Assembly (NCBI GenBank): GCA_905235995.1
Contig: CAJONI010000052.1
Span: 6,107 to 70,106 of the forward strand
Direction: 5' to 3'
DNA length: 64,000 nucleotides
Source: an uncultured Bacteroidales bacterium
GTDB lineage: Bacteria; Bacteroidota; Bacteroidia; Bacteroidales; UBA932
Under the pieces are notes generated by a model, which was not told where the DNA came from, did no database searches, and saw only the letters and a list, made by a program, of their open reading frames with translations. A program made the translations under genes and the position numbers. This document shows positions 58,455 through 64,000 of the stretch, in pieces (positions within the stretch are counted from its first letter, which is position 1; the number at the start of each line of letters is the position of its first letter).

Positions 58455-59486
58455 ATGAAGCGAAGAGATTTTATCAAAGTGTCAGGAGTGGCTGCGGCGG
58501 GAATAGCACTGGGCGGCTGCTCGACCGACAAAGGATCTGCGGAAGGCCCTCTGGTGAAGGAGTGGCCTCAATACCCTGCGCGCATCTCCCGTAATGTGGA
58601 GCCGTTCGCCCCTCTGTATATCAAGGAAATAACCATCGAGGCTGGGGCCACCGAGCCCTTCGACGTGATGCATGTCTCAGACACCCACCTCTCCAGGGCC
58701 GACAGCCGTGACGATGAGAAGAAGATCATGCTGGCCGCCTCCCGCAGCACCTGGATGAATGCCGGAGAGCACTACCTTGACGAAGCCATCCGCATCGCCC
58801 GCGAAAACGGGATGTATCTGATGCACACGGGCGACATGCACGACTTCGTGTCGGAAGCCAACCTTGACGGCGACGCGAAGCATATGATGGAAGGGGACTG
58901 GTTCGTATGTGCCGGAAACCATGAATTCTCACGGTACGTAGGCGAGGCCAGGGAAGATGAGGCCTACAAGGCCGGCAGTTACGATGCCGTCCGCGGCGCG
59001 TTCCCCAACGACCTGTACTTTGCCAGCCGCATAATCAACGGCGTCAACTTCGTGGCAGTGGACGACGTGTATTATAACTTCACTGAGCAGCAGCTGGAAC
59101 TCATGAAGGCCGAGATAGCCAAGGGCCTGCCCGTCATCCTCCTGATCCACGTTCCAATCTACACGCCCGAGTACTACAAAGACGAAATGGAGAGGATGGA
59201 CAACCGCTGCGCATATCTTGCCGGCGTACCCCTGGAGCTCACTGAAACCTACGAACCCGGCGTTACCTATCCGGCCGGGGAGGAGTGGCGCTACCGGAAG
59301 GTGCAGCAGCGGGCCGACGAGCCCACGCTCCGCTTCATCGAATGGCTCCGTGGGCAGCCGCTCCTGAAGGGCATCCTATGCGGCCACATGCACCGCTTCT
59401 TCGAGGAGCGTTTTTCTCCTACTGCCATCCAGTACACTGTCGGCGCCACCTACACCGGCGATGCCCAGGTGATACATTTCAGATAG
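58455..59486 (+). CDS. Calcineurin-like metallophosphoesterase, twin-arginine lipoprotein
   Basis: MKRRDFIK..LGGC, SDTH, GDMHD, GNHE, HVP and GHMH. Confidence 0.88.
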   Translation: MKRRDFIKVSGVAAAGIALGGCSTDKGSAEGPLVKEWPQYPARISRNVEPFAPLYIKEITIEAGATEPFDVMHVSDTHLSRADSRDDEKKIMLAASRSTWMNAGEHYLDEAIRIARENGMYLMHTGDMHDFVSEANLDGDAKHMMEGDWFVCAGNHEFSRYVGEAREDEAYKAGSYDAVRGAFPNDLYFASRIINGVNFVAVDDVYYNFTEQQLELMKAEIAKGLPVILLIHVPIYTPEYYKDEMERMDNRCAYLAGVPLELTETYEPGVTYPAGEEWRYRKVQQRADEPTLRFIEWLRGQPLLKGILCGHMHRFFEERFSPTAIQYTVGATYTGDAQVIHFR

Positions 59487-59492
59487 TTCGCG

Positions 59493-61376
59493 ATGAAAAG
59501 AATCCTGCTGCTGCTGTCTATTGTATCGTTGGTGGCCTGCACCGAGAAGGAGCCGGAGCTGCGGCTCTTGGAGGAGGGTGCGACGCTTGGTTATCAGGCC
59601 ACTTCGTGGGTCACGATGGTTGTTTCCGGAGGAGACTGGACTCTTTCCCCGGCCGATTCGTATGATTGGATCACCCCTTCAAGGATGCAGGGGTCAGTAG
59701 GGAATATCATCTCTTTCAGGTTGCAGGAAAACCTGACAGGGAGCAGTCGCAGCGCAGATTATCGCGTGCTGTCGGGTTCTCAGGCAAGGGATATCCATCT
59801 GGTTCAGGAAGCGAAGCCCGTGGTGCCTATCCCTGAGTCGAAAGGAGCGTACAAGCATGTGGTGATTTTGGGGGTCGACGGCGGCGGCGCCTTTTTCAAG
59901 GATACTGATACGCCCTGCTGTGACGAGATTTTCAAGGGAGGAGCCTTCACCTACAAGGCCCAGGCCCAGAAACCCACCATCAGCGCGCAGAACTGGGGTT
60001 CCATCCTTCACGGCGTGCTGCCGGAGTTCCACGGACTTACCAATGGAATCGTCGCAAGTCGTCCATACCCGCAGAACAGTCCTTATCCGTCCATCTTCCG
60101 GCTGGTACGTGAAGCCTGGCCCGACGCTGAACTTGCTTCTTTCTGTAATTGGAATCCAATCAATTACGGAATCATCGAGATTGATCTCGGCGTCGTGGAA
60201 GGTACTGGTGACGATCCGTCAGTAACGACGAAGGCTGTCACCTATCTGGACACGCATGCTCCGACGCTACTGTTCATGCAGTTTGACTCGGTGGACGGGG
60301 CCGGCCATGGAAGCGGATACGGCTCTGCACAGCATCTTAAGGCTCTGTCGACAGTTGACGGATATATAGGCCGTATTTATGATAAACTGAAGGACCGTGG
60401 ATTGTTGGACGAAACCCTTTTCATCGTGTGCACGGACCACGGCGGCACGCCCGGTGGCAGCCATGGCGGTGATACCCAGGCCGAACTGGACATTTTCATG
60501 GGAGTGGCCGGAAAGACCGTTGATGGTGAAACCGGCATCCTGGATGCCGAGAACCGCGATATTGCTGCCATCGCGGCTTACGCCCTGGGGCTGGAATATC
60601 CTGAAACCTGGACCGGACATGTGCCAACGGGCGTTTTCCTGGGCGTCGAGGCCGGGGAGCGGAAGGTGGTGGAACTGCCTGTTTCCGAGTATCGCAAGCA
60701 CGAAACGGTCCCTACGCCCGATCTCGCCCGTTTGCAGGCTCTGCTGGATGGACATGAGCTGCTGGCCTATCTCCCTTTGGACGGGAGCGAAGCCGATGCT
60801 TCCGGGAAGGTGGAAACTGCCATGACGGGAAAGATTTACTACTACGACGCTTATTTCGGCCGGGGTGCCGCTTTCGACGACGCCTATGTGACCCTTAAGG
60901 ATGTGGAAGTGGGGAAGGGCTCGTTCTCAGCCGCCTTCTGGATGAAGACCGGCGGGGTGTCCGACGATCCGGCCATCCTTTCCAACAAGAACTGGGATTC
61001 TGGCCTCAACAACGGTTTCGTGCTGTCACTCCGGGATGGTGACATCAAGTTCAACGCCGGGAACGGCGCCAGCTCGAGGATGGACGTGACTGCCTCCCTT
61101 CCGCACGATTACAAGGAGGGTTGGATGCATGTGATACTGGTGGTGGACCGCAGCGCGAATGTGGTCCGCATCTATGAGGACTTTGAAATGCAGGCCGAGG
61201 ACGGTATCCCCGCCTCCCTGCAGACCGTGTCCTTCGATGCACTTCCGCTGAACATCGGCCAGGACGGCAGAGGTCAGTACAAGTACAAACTCGCGGCCCA
61301 GCTCGACGAGTTCCTCCTCACGGCCGATGTGCTGTCGGACGAAGACATCGCCGCACTGAAAGCATATTACGAATAG
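59493..61376 (+). CDS. Lipoprotein: BACON plus AP-superfamily phosphodiesterase plus LamG/concanavalin-like domain
   Basis: LVAC, WT..DWI..NLTGSSRSA (BACON), GVDGGG, TISAQNW, VDGAGH and TDHGG. FSAAFWMK..WMHV..IGQDG..LDE is LamG-like. Confidence 0.82.
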   Translation: MKRILLLLSIVSLVACTEKEPELRLLEEGATLGYQATSWVTMVVSGGDWTLSPADSYDWITPSRMQGSVGNIISFRLQENLTGSSRSADYRVLSGSQARDIHLVQEAKPVVPIPESKGAYKHVVILGVDGGGAFFKDTDTPCCDEIFKGGAFTYKAQAQKPTISAQNWGSILHGVLPEFHGLTNGIVASRPYPQNSPYPSIFRLVREAWPDAELASFCNWNPINYGIIEIDLGVVEGTGDDPSVTTKAVTYLDTHAPTLLFMQFDSVDGAGHGSGYGSAQHLKALSTVDGYIGRIYDKLKDRGLLDETLFIVCTDHGGTPGGSHGGDTQAELDIFMGVAGKTVDGETGILDAENRDIAAIAAYALGLEYPETWTGHVPTGVFLGVEAGERKVVELPVSEYRKHETVPTPDLARLQALLDGHELLAYLPLDGSEADASGKVETAMTGKIYYYDAYFGRGAAFDDAYVTLKDVEVGKGSFSAAFWMKTGGVSDDPAILSNKNWDSGLNNGFVLSLRDGDIKFNAGNGASSRMDVTASLPHDYKEGWMHVILVVDRSANVVRIYEDFEMQAEDGIPASLQTVSFDALPLNIGQDGRGQYKYKLAAQLDEFLLTADVLSDEDIAALKAYYE

Positions 61377-61399
61377 CATAAATCACATTTCAAAGCATA

Positions 61400-62320
61400 A
61401 TGAGACGCAGAGATTTTATAAAAGTGTCAGGGGTGGCCGCCGCAGGCCTTGCCCTCGCAGGCTGCACACCCAAGACCGGTTTCTGGGGCAAGAAGGACGA
61501 AGAATTGTATGGACCCAGGAAGACAGGGCATTTCTCCCTGATGCAGATTTCGTCGGCAACCAATACCATAGGCAATTCCTATCTCCTGAAGACCTCCGGC
61601 GGAAAGGTGATCATGATGGACGGTGGCTTTGCTTCCGATGCGCCCAAACTGAGGAAGAAACTCTCCGAAGCGGGCAATCACGTGGATCTCTGGTTCATTT
61701 CCCACCCGCATGAGGACCATATGGAGGCCCTTGCCACCATTCTGGATGACCCGCAGGGCATTACCATTGACAAGGTGATCCATTCCCGCCTGCCGGACGC
61801 TTTCCTGGACAACGAACCGCAAAGCGGAGACAATGCCCGCGGCTATTACCGGGTGCTGGACAATACCACAGAGCGTACCGACATCATCAACCTGCACCGG
61901 CCCATGCAACGCTTTGATATAGACGGTATTGGTATCATGGTACTAACCGTGGACCATCCGTCATTCAGGAGCGGCCACTTCAACAACCAGTCCATCATCA
62001 TCCGGGTATGGGACGATGTGAAGAGCGTAGTTTTCCTGGGGGACGCCGAGGAGGAATGCGGCGAAGCGGCACTACGCGAATGCCGCGAGTACCTGGACTG
62101 TGACTACCTGCAGATGGCCCACCACGGGCAGAGCGGCGTGTCGGAGGAGTTCTACAAGACCATCAACTTCCGCGTGTGCCTGTGGCCCACTCCTTCCTGG
62201 GTATGGGAGCCGGGGGAGAATACCTGGCTCAAAACGCTGGACACCCGGCGCTGGATGGACGAGAAAGGCATCACGGAGCATCACGTGAGCTGCCTGGAAG
62301 AGGACTGGGAGTTGCTTTGA
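61400..62320 (+). CDS. Metallo-beta-lactamase-fold hydrolase (ComEC/Pce-like), twin-arginine lipoprotein
   Basis: MRRRDFIK..LAGC, MDGG, SHPHEDH, NNQS, GDAE and MAHHG. Confidence 0.82.
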   Translation: MRRRDFIKVSGVAAAGLALAGCTPKTGFWGKKDEELYGPRKTGHFSLMQISSATNTIGNSYLLKTSGGKVIMMDGGFASDAPKLRKKLSEAGNHVDLWFISHPHEDHMEALATILDDPQGITIDKVIHSRLPDAFLDNEPQSGDNARGYYRVLDNTTERTDIINLHRPMQRFDIDGIGIMVLTVDHPSFRSGHFNNQSIIIRVWDDVKSVVFLGDAEEECGEAALRECREYLDCDYLQMAHHGQSGVSEEFYKTINFRVCLWPTPSWVWEPGENTWLKTLDTRRWMDEKGITEHHVSCLEEDWELL

Positions 62321-63546
62321 TTCTTACGGTCGCGGTACTCGGCGGTGGCGGTGAAGAAAGCGTCGCCGCTGGAGTTGAGCGCTGTCTCCACGGAGTCCTG
62401 CACTACGCTGATAATGAAGCCCACGGCCACGGCCTGCATCGCTAAGTCGTTGCCTATGCCCAGGAAGGAGCAGGCCATCGGGATGAGCAGGAGTGACCCT
62501 CCTGCCACTCCCGATGCTCCGCAGGCGCCCAGGGTCGCAATGACGCAAAGGGGCAGGGCGGTGGCGAAACCAACCTCCACGCCCAGGGTATGGGCCACGG
62601 CCATGGTCATCACGGTTATGGTGACGGCAGCCCCGTTCATGTTGATGGTCGCGCCCAGTGGGATGCTGACCGAATAGAAATCCTTGTCCAGTCCCAGCTT
62701 CTCGCATAGGGCCATGTTGATGGGGATGTTGGCCGCCGAGGAGCGCGTGAAGAAGGCGTTCACGCCGCTTTCCTTAAGGCAGGCCCAGAGCAGGGGATAG
62801 GGGTTTCTACGGGTTGCGATGAATGACCAAAGAGGGTTGAGTATCAGCGTATTGAATAGCATGCAGCCCACCAGCATGAGTATGAGCTGGCCGTAGGTTG
62901 TGAAGATGCCCAGGCCGCTCTCCGCGACAGCGGAGAACACCAGGCCCATGATGCCGAACGGGGCGAACTGGATTATCCACTTCACTATGAGCGAGATCAC
63001 GTCGGAGAAATCGGATACCACACTGATGGTCTCCTGGGAGGCGACCATCTTAAGCGCGAAGCCGGCCAGGATGGACCAGAAAAGTATGCCCAGGTAATTG
63101 GCAGAGGTAATCGAGGCCAGAGGATTTGCGACCATGTTGGTCACCAGGTTCTTGAAGACTTCCTTCAGGTCGCTGGGAGCGCTTCCCTGCGCAGCATCCT
63201 GCAGTTCGAGGTTTACCGGGAACAGGGTGCTGCCAATGTATGCGACAAGGGCAGCGGCGAGGGTGCTGACGAGGTAAAGGAGAATGACCGTGCGGAAGCG
63301 GGAACCCAGGCCGTCGTGGGCCTTGGCGATGGAGGCCATCACCAGGACGGCCACCAGCACCGGCGCCACTGCCTTGAGGGCGCTGACGAAGACGTTGCCG
63401 AAGAGGCCTATCCATTTCCATCCCGGTAGCAGGAGCCCCAGGGCCGCACCTATCACCAGGCCTGTGAGTATGCGCAGGACCAGGCTGATGTCGGTCCATT
63501 TCTGAAAGAGCGACACGGATTTCCTGCCGCCGTCAAGCTGCTGCAT
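62281..63546 (-). CDS. sstT: Serine/threonine:Na+ symporter SstT (DAACS family)
   Basis: FVSALKAVAP, AFFTRSSAANIP, PLGATINM.G, GASGVAGGSLLLIP and QDSVETALNSS. Confidence 0.92.
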   Translation of the reverse strand: MQQLDGGRKSVSLFQKWTDISLVLRILTGLVIGAALGLLLPGWKWIGLFGNVFVSALKAVAPVLVAVLVMASIAKAHDGLGSRFRTVILLYLVSTLAAALVAYIGSTLFPVNLELQDAAQGSAPSDLKEVFKNLVTNMVANPLASITSANYLGILFWSILAGFALKMVASQETISVVSDFSDVISLIVKWIIQFAPFGIMGLVFSAVAESGLGIFTTYGQLILMLVGCMLFNTLILNPLWSFIATRRNPYPLLWACLKESGVNAFFTRSSAANIPINMALCEKLGLDKDFYSVSIPLGATINMNGAAVTITVMTMAVAHTLGVEVGFATALPLCVIATLGACGASGVAGGSLLLIPMACSFLGIGNDLAMQAVAVGFIISVVQDSVETALNSSGDAFFTATAEYRDRKNQSNSQSSSRQLT

Positions 63547-63549
63547 GCC

Positions 63550-64000
63550 TTATTTTTTATAGATGATCACGTTCCTGAATTCCATGGGGCCTCCTTCAGA
63601 CTGGAATCCGATATAGCCCTCGGTCGCCTCGCTGACTGCGAGGTTCACGAGCACTCCGTTGAGCCAGGCGCTGATGTGGCCGTCCTTGCAGAAGAACACC
63701 ATCCTGTTCCATTCTCCCACAGGCTTCTCAGGACTCTCTTCCACGATACGGGGCTTGCGGTAGAATGGGCCTTCGACGCCTTCGAGAGGGATGCCGCCCA
63801 TCAGCACGCCCATGTCCTTCGGGGTCATCTGGAGCTGTACGCCCTGCGGCCACACCTTGTCGCCTTCCTGCAGGTAGTTGAAGATGCCGCCGTCGACGCC
63901 CTCGCTGCCGGCCCAGCGCCATTCCAGCTGCAGGACATAGTCGCTGAACTTCTCTTCGGTACGGATGTAGCCGAAAGGCTGGCCGCTGATCTGGAGGATT
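63550..64000 (-). CDS. DUF1080 family protein (5' partial)
   Basis: Frame is open to the window edge: GQPFGYIRTEEKFSDYVLQLEWRW..WPQGVQLQ..EKPVGEWN..GYIGFQSEG..FRNV. Confidence 0.8.
   Translation of the reverse strand, partial: ILQISGQPFGYIRTEEKFSDYVLQLEWRWAGSEGVDGGIFNYLQEGDKVWPQGVQLQMTPKDMGVLMGGIPLEGVEGPFYRKPRIVEESPEKPVGEWNRMVFFCKDGHISAWLNGVLVNLAVSEATEGYIGFQSEGGPMEFRNVIIYKK

Noticed and set aside
61400..62320. Antibiotic-resistance beta-lactamase or competence gene comEC
   Set aside because: It has a generic MBL fold with ComEC-type C-terminal motifs, no membrane competence domain and a catabolic context.
1..64000. CRISPR arrays, IS elements, prophage, invertible promoters, riboswitches
   Set aside because: I recognised no spaced direct repeats, transposase, recombinase or phage genes. 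Intergenic gaps are short, and an Rfam scan would be needed to exclude RNAs fully.

Overview
High-GC Bacteroidales DNA (inferred from the SusC/SusD pair, TAnnTTTG promoter boxes and lipoprotein signal peptides). From about 2 to 62 kb the window is one very large glycan-utilization region. It has a single susC/susD pair, a surface beta-helix lipoprotein and about 17 glycosidase-family genes: GH27 x2, GH106 x2 (one interrupted by an in-frame TAG), GH78 x3, GH92 x2, GH63-like, GH9, GH3, GH127, GH43-like x2 and GH99-like x2, several as fusions. It also has an SGNH esterase and a Tat-type Gfo/Idh/MocA oxidoreductase. The unusual feature is seven exported phosphoesterase-fold proteins from five unrelated folds, which points to a possibly undescribed system for dismantling a phosphodiester-containing, rhamnose/mannose-rich glycan (inference). 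The region is flanked by partial DUF1080 genes at both ends, an SIS-domain gene, tRNA-Val(CAC), tRNA-Gly(CCC) and sstT. I saw no regulator, integrase, transposase, CRISPR array or rRNA. All family calls come from motif recognition by eye, not from database searches.
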